A DNA stretch of 64,000 bases from Caldisericia bacterium (GTDB taxonomy: Bacteria; Caldisericota; Caldisericia; JAAYUI01), in assembly GCA_963674785.1 (NCBI GenBank), contig OY771555.1, positions 1,504,001 through 1,568,000 on the forward strand, written 5' to 3'. Within the stretch, counting starts at the first letter, position 1; each line of letters opens with the position of its first letter. The notes under the pieces are model-generated. The model saw only the letters and a list, made by a program, of their open reading frames with translations. It did not search any database and was not told the origin of the DNA. Made by a program: the position numbers and the translations under genes. Shown piece after piece: positions 57,701 to 64,000 of the stretch.

Positions 57701-59942
57701 TGACATTACAATCAATGGAACACCGTGCCAGCAAACTCCAATAGTTGATACCACTACAAACTCTGTTGATATTGTTACTCCGGTTACTATTGGTCCAAAT
57801 ACCGATGTCAGAGTGATGGTACCAAGGATAATAAATCCACCTGAGGGAACGTATTCCATGCAGATTTGGACATCATCTCAGCCAAGAGTGGTACCATCAA
57901 AAGTCTACGAAATTGGAGTTTCAACGGTTTCTGATTTGAAGGTTTCTGTTGTCCCGAATTCGGTTGGGCTTGCCGGTGAATACACAATAACATTTAAAAC
58001 TGGGCCATCAGGTCAGCTTGCAACTGGTGCAACAATAACAATTCAGTTCCCTGTTGGTACAGTTATTCCTGCTGCAATCAGTGCTGATAAAATCGCTGTC
58101 AACGGTGTCTTGTGTACACAGATGCCATTTGTCCAGGGACTTCAATTACAGATATACAATCCAATGCCAATTCAAGCATCTCAGGATGTTGGAATAACAA
58201 TTGATGATACCGCAGGCATCAAAAATCCAGTTATTGCAAAAGCGGACTACACACTTAAGCTTGCCACAGCCTCAGACTCGAAATTTGTTGACTCAACTCC
58301 ATTTGAGATAACACAGGTTTCAACTCTACAGAATGTAAAAGTGAAGGTTACTCCACCAACAATAAACAAAGCTGCAAGATATGAAATTACATTCCAGACA
58401 GGGCAGAACGGTGCTCTTCTTGCTGGTGATGTTATCAGTATTCAGATGAATGACCAGACATTACCAACTGCAATTCCAAAACTCTATGTCTCTGTTAATG
58501 GTGTAAACCCATCATCAGATGTAATTGTTAATGGTAAGCGCCTTGAGATAAAGCTTGCTCAGGGAATTGCTGCAGGTCAGAATGTTGTCCTTATTATTGA
58601 ATCACAAGCTGGTGTCAGGAATCCAGTGACTCCAGGAAGTGACTATAGAATCTCACTGTTTACAAACAAAGAACCATATGCTGTAACATCAGAACCTTAC
58701 TCAATTGAGAGTGAGCTTGTTGTTTCCTATAGCGTGTCTCCATCTGAACCAAATGGTTCAAGAGGTTGGTATACAGTTCCACCAACAATCACACTCAAGT
58801 GTAATGTTTCCGCAAACATCCAGTATCGATACGAGGGTGACAGTCAGTATCAGACATACAATGGGCCTTTCACAATCACAAAAACTGGTCAGGTTGTAAT
58901 CTATTATAAGGCTACGAGTCTCACATCAGGCACTGAATCGCTCGAGAAGGATATTGTGATTAAGTACGATCCAGGCAAACCTGAGGTCACTTTGCCAGAA
59001 TTCACAACAGATGACAAAATACAGGTCAAGGACAGTTCTTACCGAATCTGTGGTTCAATTTCTGATGCCTCTGATGTTGAACTCACAATGAACGGTTCTC
59101 CTGTTTCACTCAATAGTGATGGAACTTTCTGTGTGAATGTTGCGCTTGTATCTGGTGATAACAAGTTTGAGTTCTGTGCAACAGATTTTGCTGGTAATGT
59201 TATCTGTAAAACAATTACGGTTGAGAAAAAAGATAAACCTCCAGTATTGATCTTTGATGAACCCGCCTTCATGGCAAGAATCTCAGAGACCGAATTCCCA
59301 TATGATAGTGCGACAAACCATTATCAGTTGAAGGTGACTCTTCATATCAAGGGCTCAACTGAAGAAGGTGTCGGTGAAATAATAATCACACCAAAAACAG
59401 TTGCAGGCGAATCACAGAAATTGACGGTTGGAGCTGACGGAAAATTCGAAGGAGACTTGACCTTTGATGCTGTCGGTGGTCTCAACAACTTTGAAGCTGT
59501 TGCAACAGATGCACTTGGAAATGTTGCTGTTTCAAGTCTTAAGCCTGTTGTATCTATAGATTTCAGGTTACCGATTGACTCAACAACATCGACTCTGAAC
59601 GGTGATAGTGTTACGCTTCTTTCGGCACCATACATCAACAGCGGAAGAACTATGGTTCCATTCCGAGTTATGGGTGAGGCGATTGGTGCAACAATTGGAT
59701 GGGATGGCAATACAAGAACCGCAAGCTTTACTCTCGGAACGACAACGATCAAGCTTACAATCGGCAGTAAAACTGCAACAGTTGTAACTGATGGACAATC
59801 AAAGACCGTTACGATGGACGTTGCGGCCGAAATTAAGAACGGTTCGACAATGGTTCCATTCAGATTTGTTGCAGAAAACTTCGGTGCATCAGTTACCTGG
59901 GATTCCGCAACAAGGACAGCAAGGATGGTTTATCCGAAATAG
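51744..59942 (+). CDS. Giant (2732 aa) secreted surface protein, paralog of 37381..51435, with C-terminal copper amine oxidase N-terminal-like domain
   Basis: Signal peptide; about 11 GIxNP modules; PNGSRGWY; GRTMVPFR and STMVPFRFVAENFG; AAGGAGG SD. Confidence 0.88.
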   Translation: MKKVLSVLIVFLMIIIMVPFQPVENVQASGNVISYVYLAGTTTEAIAIARTGGNQIQFVYTLAQEAIAQQHDDTATLSCIAPEADRLHGVKIVIPNYFPLPSLDATAEGYIDFTGGSITPSPVRIDNRTVYAYFPTGSIGDTIVVTYGNATTGIVMPDRPNRYSFSFGARISTTECTYCPGNMKDYSSATTGFQTVSPTPQVYVMTNMTPATLTFDPNTELTNSELTVNFVLGAGEDRSLFAGDIIRMQLDYDAATAAFVVDAGAGLLPRTTQVPLSINKDYVKVNGSKCSVSPTVTMMGSGNYQIDVFIPRDIRCTNTTGRAVSIVFDKSAGIINGAGAPFERNALIQTLRGSLVHVEPNPDVTDGVVDGFLTSTAYRIGSQVTSPAVTVISNQVEENAVYYIGAISNPGASPPYIIPACGTQGSLQIGGNGTLLANDGTITVQFPAGTEVPSSMSPGSITVENITTGSGPNVVSSVPQVSSNKVTMKTPIDINPGDCIMITFLKSAHIVNPSVGKDDYYLNVWTSAEPTVISSMLYSIVNPGWAVVNVLPNISFTDGAGFPPGQSGLGINECSEHYQLNDPAGNPTQGARYTIQFSLTEDSTVPVGGFIDLIFDPAYSALIGLVNLASPQFITVNGVSCTVAAVTSVPNRAIRITTPVVLNPSTQVTITLQEGFQLYNPDLYDETESFNINIDYLPLGAVGAGGFDVISEPYMLKCEVSNVNYTVGQQAVQTITDWWIDFCLGDVGDNTFLGTSNLLPGDTISIMFPEGSYVPSGIIPSGSIQIMDMSIPPGPPWPTYSVTSAYFDENVLILTVPSGAAFTENSTLQIFVPQSVGVKTPEDPTCMSVGVRTSKETTWVQSNPVCVGTTVKDVGVIASPNTSESINENCAPASSEYTIRFRNGSYGALSPGNFISLAIPANPVNAGTNSVGFDIDIDDDSAIGAGDDIAMGNILLNGIPNTTALTWYDRFDGYYYINIPVQTYIAAGSLIQIIILNTQGIRNPRIDKTPSQYMFEMRTTTEPAWVKSLPFDIITKICMDCEDFEHTVSFAGYSIINMDSAEVWDIGFSIPSIIAGVLGGLVAGTDTITIEFPADVSLPSYIDPVSVFVGPPGGLLPCSKVVVSGQKLIITTPYTFTTGDNEVRIQIAENSGILTPSTPGDHTLNIWTSQLTTSVISCPFTVRARGMTPAIVTPLTSIAGAPNTEYTIKFNVGQYGALSIGDTITLAFFEDNLGAPIATDINIDFGGYSIPADFVKINGVSCSLPIEYTEDIADPYNLTMIIRTPIAIPPGGEVEIVLSTDCRITNPPYPSSPSTNDAPPIVGEPGEYLEREDRDYFVDIFTNKEITPVRSLEYEITPANICTRPVTINDPCMTSATADYTISFYTHRELTQSVDSIFLRFPEGFYLPNRIAPNLIRVNGYLCTDPPTIDDYYLTILVPETILQYDKVTIEFDSSLGLQNLDREGQHLMRVSTRQGGTPPPNAWISDYFTVCERREICHLTISTSVGRVQEVTVPQGGTMDFTASAFDCTNVAISKDVKYSWMFVPDSSSYSIIGHISPLEGTYTTFTAGEMGDGTLYCYATYGNKTISNSVKIKISGEASSLIISPGGPMTLIKGDCYTYSAQLYDNNVPPHAITSGVTYSWEVTNPNVATAAPESSQTTQLCPTASGAGAIVCKAYYNGNEVVARSDFTVKAGIYALRPIPTDDLGQLRVGQVSNELMFELMDEYGAAALAKESFKVVVESTSPTSRFTTNKIDWTTTNKIELEIVQGFSRTQPFYFSDSALGNVSITASATDIVSANMRVRMMGPTSTITFTNPYRVTSASSPTDKMTLSLVDEYGMISPPNSDITVQMTAHLIVNGSISSQASSTGEFSLSDVSWSPLPSGMLTMKSGQQSIDFYYKDSMKGTYVVKATTIFNGTATQTLEVTDETGVEGNLIVEVQRPIAGVDSDYLIEFRTGGGGSMSAGVGHIYLQFPVGTTIPGFAKSDITINGTPCQQTPIVDTTTNSVDIVTPVTIGPNTDVRVMVPRIINPPEGTYSMQIWTSSQPRVVPSKVYEIGVSTVSDLKVSVVPNSVGLAGEYTITFKTGPSGQLATGATITIQFPVGTVIPAAISADKIAVNGVLCTQMPFVQGLQLQIYNPMPIQASQDVGITIDDTAGIKNPVIAKADYTLKLATASDSKFVDSTPFEITQVSTLQNVKVKVTPPTINKAARYEITFQTGQNGALLAGDVISIQMNDQTLPTAIPKLYVSVNGVNPSSDVIVNGKRLEIKLAQGIAAGQNVVLIIESQAGVRNPVTPGSDYRISLFTNKEPYAVTSEPYSIESELVVSYSVSPSEPNGSRGWYTVPPTITLKCNVSANIQYRYEGDSQYQTYNGPFTITKTGQVVIYYKATSLTSGTESLEKDIVIKYDPGKPEVTLPEFTTDDKIQVKDSSYRICGSISDASDVELTMNGSPVSLNSDGTFCVNVALVSGDNKFEFCATDFAGNVICKTITVEKKDKPPVLIFDEPAFMARISETEFPYDSATNHYQLKVTLHIKGSTEEGVGEIIITPKTVAGESQKLTVGADGKFEGDLTFDAVGGLNNFEAVATDALGNVAVSSLKPVVSIDFRLPIDSTTSTLNGDSVTLLSAPYINSGRTMVPFRVMGEAIGATIGWDGNTRTASFTLGTTTIKLTIGSKTATVVTDGQSKTVTMDVAAEIKNGSTMVPFRFVAENFGASVTWDSATRTARMVYPK

Positions 59943-59968
59943 ATTGTCCACACAGAATGAATACTTTC

Positions 59969-59997
59969 AAAAAGGGGATCATTTGATCCCCTTTTTT
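59969..59997 (+). terminator. Intrinsic terminator ending the giant-gene unit
   Basis: AAAAAGGGGATC-ATTT-GATCCCCTTTTTT. Confidence 0.88.
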
Positions 59998-60106
59998 GTT
60001 ATATAAATTATTTTATTTTTATTTACTTTTCACAATTAAAATCAAACTTATTGCTTTTGTGTCAAAAAACTTGTAGGATATAAGAGGATTAAATAAGGAG
60101 GCTAAC

Positions 60107-61546
60107 TTGAAAAAGCATATTGAAAGAGCTCTACAAAAGGCAAAAGTTGCTGGAGCAACCTATGTTGATGCAAGGATACTCAAAACCCAAGATGAAAGGA
60201 TTGCAACTAAGAACGGTGTTCTTGACAATCTTTCATCAAATGAATCAAAGGGATTTGGTATCAGGGTAATTGCCGATGGTGCCTGGGGATTTTCATCTTC
60301 ATCGGTAATTAATGATTCTGAAATTGACAAAGTAGCGCAGGAAGCCGTCGCAATTGCGAAGGCATCTGCAAAAGTAAAACATGAACCTGTAAAACTCTCA
60401 CCAGTCGAGGCATATGTTGACGATGTAAAATCACCTGTAAAAGATGATCCGAAGGATATCCCAATCTCAGATAGAGTTAAATTCGCTCTTGATTGTGATA
60501 AAACCATGAATAAAGATGGTATTGTCAGTAGATCAACAAGGCTTTTTAATAGACATGAAGACAAGTGGTTCGGTTCATCTGAAGGTTCAATGATCTATCA
60601 GGAGGATGTTAAGGTTGGAGCAGGATATACTGCCATTGCATCGAATGGGAAAGAAGTTGCGCAACGCTCATATCCGGCATCTTTTGGTGGTGTTTATTCC
60701 AGAGATGGCTGGAATTACATTGAAAAATACAAATTGATGGAAAATGGCGGACGAATTGCTGATGAGGCAGTTCAGATTCTTTCTGCTAAACCATGTCCAC
60801 AGGGCAAAAAAGATATTGTTATTGAAGGTTCTCAGCTTGCGCTCCAACTTCATGAGTCAATTGGACATCCGGTTGAACTTGATAGAGTTTTTGGAACAGA
60901 GGCTGCTTTTGCTGGAAAATCTTTTGTAAAACCCGAAATGATGAAAGATTTCAGATATGGCTCAGATATTGTAAACATTACAGCTGATGCCACAATCCCT
61001 CACGCTTTTGGTGGTTTTGCATATGACGATGATGGTGTTAAGGCTCAAAGGGTATTCATCATCAAAGACGGAATCTTCCAGAGGTTTCTCGATTCAAGAG
61101 AAGATGCTGCAAAACTAAATATGGCTTCAATGGGTGCAAACAGGGCATCATCATGGAGTAGAATCCCAATTGTCAGAATGGTTTCAGTTAATCTTGAACC
61201 TGGTAACTCAACATTCGATGATTTGATTAAAGATGTTGAAGATGGCATCTATCTTTCAACTGTTCTTACGTGGTCAATTGATGATATGAGACTCAACTTC
61301 CAGTTTACAACAGAACTTGGTTGGGAAATCAAAAATGGGAAACTTGGTGAGATGGTCAAGAGACCTACCTATACAGGAATCAGCTACGATTTCTGGAGAT
61401 CATGTGATGCAATTGGTAACAAAGACCTGTGGGATGTCTGGGGTGTGCCAAACTGTGGTAAAGGTGAACCAATGCAGCTTATGCATGTCTCACATGGTGT
61501 TTCGCCAGCACGATTCAGACAAATCCAGGTGGGGGTGGGATCATGA
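60107..61546 (+). CDS. tldD: TldD metalloprotease subunit
   Basis: GFGIRVIADGAWGF, HESIGH.ELDR, YDDDG, CGKGEPMQ; TTG start after AAGGAGG. Confidence 0.9.
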   Translation: MKKHIERALQKAKVAGATYVDARILKTQDERIATKNGVLDNLSSNESKGFGIRVIADGAWGFSSSSVINDSEIDKVAQEAVAIAKASAKVKHEPVKLSPVEAYVDDVKSPVKDDPKDIPISDRVKFALDCDKTMNKDGIVSRSTRLFNRHEDKWFGSSEGSMIYQEDVKVGAGYTAIASNGKEVAQRSYPASFGGVYSRDGWNYIEKYKLMENGGRIADEAVQILSAKPCPQGKKDIVIEGSQLALQLHESIGHPVELDRVFGTEAAFAGKSFVKPEMMKDFRYGSDIVNITADATIPHAFGGFAYDDDGVKAQRVFIIKDGIFQRFLDSREDAAKLNMASMGANRASSWSRIPIVRMVSVNLEPGNSTFDDLIKDVEDGIYLSTVLTWSIDDMRLNFQFTTELGWEIKNGKLGEMVKRPTYTGISYDFWRSCDAIGNKDLWDVWGVPNCGKGEPMQLMHVSHGVSPARFRQIQVGVGS

Positions 61547-62847
61547 AATTGACAGATGTAGCAAAAAAAGCTCTTAGTGTCGCAAATGGTGATAAAGTTG
61601 ATGTCATTGTGACAAAATCTGAAGAAGCTCTCACAAGGTTTGCAAATTCTTACATCCATCAGAATGTCAAGCAGACCAATGGAATGGTGAGAGTCCGAGT
61701 TATCAAAGATGGTAAAACTGGGATAGCTCTTACAAATTCTTTTGATGAAGAATCAGTTATTGATTGTGCAAAAAAAGCAAACGAACTTGCAGACCTTGCA
61801 GTCAAAGATCCTCAGGAATTTGAGCTTCCTGGGAAATCTGAATACAAGTCTATACCTGTACCCGATGAAGCAACAAAAAAGCTTTCTCCAGACCAGAGAG
61901 CTGATATTGTTGCAAAAATGGTGAGTATTGCAGATAAGGATAATCTTAAGATTGCGGGACAGGTTTCAAATAGCTGTGATAATTTCTGTGTTGTCAACAA
62001 CAATGGTGTTGAAATTGAACATGAAGAGGTGTCTTCAAAAGTGAGTATCACCGCAATGTCAGAAGACTCTTCTGGTCAAGCTGATATGACTGCACCTAGA
62101 ATTGGTGATATCAACGCTGAAAAATTAGCCACTGAAGCTTGTGGAAGAGCTGTGCAAGGAAGAAATCCTATTTCAATAGACCCTGGTGATTATGAAGTTG
62201 TTATGCTTCCATATGCAACAGCCGAGTTTTTAAGATACATGATCTATACTGGTTTTTCAGCAGAGAGTGCTGACTCAAAAAGGAGCTGGGTAGACCAAAA
62301 TATGGGTAAGAAAGTCCTTTCGGATAAGTTGACGCTTATTGATGATCCTTTCCATCCCATGGGAACTCAAAGCTTTGCTGATGCCGAAGGGTACCCAAAA
62401 GATAGTCTGATGCTTGTTGAAAATGGTATTCCAAAAAACATCGCCTTCAATAGCTATTTTGCAGCAAAAATGGGCAAAAAAAATACTGGACACGCAACAG
62501 GCGGTTGGGGACCAATGCCTATAAATGTCACAATGAGTCCTGGTAAAACATCCGTTTTTGATATGATAAAATCTGTAAAAAAGGGAATTCTTATTTCAAG
62601 ATTCTGGTACACAAACATAATGGATCCTATGACAGTTCAGCTCACAACCATGACAAGAGACGGACTTTTCCTGATTGAAGATGGAAAAGTAACCAAGGGT
62701 CTTAAGAATATGAGAATCACTGATAAGGTTCTCAGGGTTTATGATGGAATAATTGATGTTGGTGATGAACTTATTAACACTGATGGAATTATCGCCCCAG
62801 CAGTCCATCTTAAGAGTTTGAACTTTTCTGGTAGTACGAAGTATTAG
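61543..62847 (+). CDS. pmbA: PmbA/TldE subunit
   Basis: LTRFANSYIHQN, PGDYEVV, DAEG, ISRFWY, TRDGLFLIEDG; no HExxxH; overlaps tldD stop. Confidence 0.85.
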   Translation: MKLTDVAKKALSVANGDKVDVIVTKSEEALTRFANSYIHQNVKQTNGMVRVRVIKDGKTGIALTNSFDEESVIDCAKKANELADLAVKDPQEFELPGKSEYKSIPVPDEATKKLSPDQRADIVAKMVSIADKDNLKIAGQVSNSCDNFCVVNNNGVEIEHEEVSSKVSITAMSEDSSGQADMTAPRIGDINAEKLATEACGRAVQGRNPISIDPGDYEVVMLPYATAEFLRYMIYTGFSAESADSKRSWVDQNMGKKVLSDKLTLIDDPFHPMGTQSFADAEGYPKDSLMLVENGIPKNIAFNSYFAAKMGKKNTGHATGGWGPMPINVTMSPGKTSVFDMIKSVKKGILISRFWYTNIMDPMTVQLTTMTRDGLFLIEDGKVTKGLKNMRITDKVLRVYDGIIDVGDELINTDGIIAPAVHLKSLNFSGSTKY

Positions 62848-62871
62848 GTATAGAGCTAGTTATTACAACAG

Positions 62872-62903
62872 AAAGGGAGGGGGGCTGATAGCCCCCCTTT
62901 TTT
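62872..62903 (+). terminator. Intrinsic terminator between convergent pmbA and murF
   Basis: AGGGGGGCT-GAT-AGCCCCCCTTTTTT. Confidence 0.8.
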
Positions 62904-64000
62904 ATTTGATGTTTTCAACAACTTTTATCATGTTCATTGAATTTGAACCCTTCACTAAAACCCAATCATCTTTTTTCAGCTTTTGATTCAATACGTTTAT
63001 GAGTTCTTCTATATCATTAAAATGTGTTGCCATTGGACATTCAGCCGTGATATTTTCTGAGAGTTCTCCGTAACAAAAAACTCCATCAAGCCTTAAGTCT
63101 GATATAAAAGAACCAAGATTTTTATGTATCTCTTCTGTGTTTTTGCCAAGTTCTAGCATGTCTGCAAGAATTGCGAATTTGCGACCGTCTTTCTGTTCAA
63201 GTGCTTTGAGGGTTTCTCTCATAGAAACAGGATTTGCGTTATAGGTTTCATCAACAATATTTATTCCTTTTGATGAAACCACAATCCTACCTCTTCCTTT
63301 TACGGGCTCAAAAGATTCAATAACCTCAATTGAGTCAATCAGTTTTACTCCATATTCGATACCAATTGCAGCCGCAATCAATGAATCGTATAAGAAATGA
63401 ACGGTTGGAGTTTTTGGTTTTATCGAGTATATCTCATCTTTGTGGGTGAAGATAAATCTTCCATCAAGAATTTTCCCTGTTATATCGGCTTTGTTTTTTA
63501 TACCAATGGTTGTGATCTTGCAACGAGTTTTTTCTTTCATTGCGACTACATTTGGATCGTCAACATTTAGGATTGCAATCCCCCCAACAGGTAGAGCTTC
63601 GATAATATGACCTTTTGCTTTTGCAACCCCACTTATGTCGCCAAGTCTCTCAAGATGTGTTTCACCAACGTTTGTTACGGTTGCAATCCTTGGAGTCAGA
63701 ATTTGTAAAAGTCTTGGAATCTCATCAAAATGAGCCCCAGACATCTCTGCAACAAATATTTCAGTATCACTTTTGATATGCTTCAAAGAAATTGGTATTC
63801 CAACTGGAGTGTTCTGGTTCCCAAAGTTTTTCGCGACCCTGTATTTCCTGTCAAGGATTTGTGCTGTTAATTCTTTTGTTGTTGTTTTACCAGCAGAACC
63901 CGTAATACCCACAACATCAAGGTCAAATTTATTGATGTAGTAATGAGCAATTTGTATTAAAGCTTTTGGTGTTGATTCAACAATTATTTCAGGAATCCCG
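62902..64000 (-). CDS. murF: UDP-MurNAc-tripeptide--D-Ala-D-Ala ligase (5' end outside window)
   Basis: GITGSAGKTTTKE, TNVGETH, DETYNANP.SM, DMLELG, VLVKGS; frame stays open to the window edge. Confidence 0.93.
   Translation of the reverse strand, partial: GIPEIIVESTPKALIQIAHYYINKFDLDVVGITGSAGKTTTKELTAQILDRKYRVAKNFGNQNTPVGIPISLKHIKSDTEIFVAEMSGAHFDEIPRLLQILTPRIATVTNVGETHLERLGDISGVAKAKGHIIEALPVGGIAILNVDDPNVVAMKEKTRCKITTIGIKNKADITGKILDGRFIFTHKDEIYSIKPKTPTVHFLYDSLIAAAIGIEYGVKLIDSIEVIESFEPVKGRGRIVVSSKGINIVDETYNANPVSMRETLKALEQKDGRKFAILADMLELGKNTEEIHKNLGSFISDLRLDGVFCYGELSENITAECPMATHFNDIEELINVLNQKLKKDDWVLVKGSNSMNMIKVVENIK

Noticed and set aside
37381-59942. DGR target or cassette-switching locus
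   Set aside because: No reverse transcriptase or recombinase in the window, and no near-identical nucleotide repeats seen; repeats are diverged and evident only at protein level
60107-62847. TldD/PmbA as a RiPP maturation system linked to the giant genes
   Set aside because: Separated by a strong terminator; no precursor peptide or modifying enzymes nearby; the pair is common housekeeping

Overview
Low-GC bacterial chromosomal window with no CRISPR array, rRNA, integrase or transposase seen. The many secreted proteins with PQQ-like propellers and copper-amine-oxidase-N-terminal ('stalk') domains, plus anaerobe-type oxygen defence genes, suggest a Caldisericota-like anaerobe (inference only). 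In order: partial glmU and tRNA-Gln; secreted PQQ-propeller proteins; a 1.3-kaa protein with 13 Cys-patterned OB-fold-like repeats; an oxidative-stress cluster (rubrerythrin, desulfoferrodoxin, ferritin, AhpD-like, GAF/fRMsr-like, FprA, flavin reductase-rubredoxin, TIGR02757-like); mgtE; a Pil-Chp/Tax-type chemosensory operon whose CheA has a degenerate ATP pocket; a Cys-poor OB-repeat protein; a 1.7-kaa S8 protease; rel-dtd-MBL; a LexA-like protein lacking autocleavage features; a small HTH regulator; two giant paralogous surface proteins (4684 and 2732 aa) separated by a five-hairpin spacer; tldD-pmbA; partial murF. The best candidate for an undescribed system is the giant surface-protein locus. 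Its larger protein has a regular branched architecture with whole domains nested inside other domains and Tyr-rich loops, and it shares an inserted domain with the nearby S8 protease. All domain calls come from reading motifs by eye; no searches were run.
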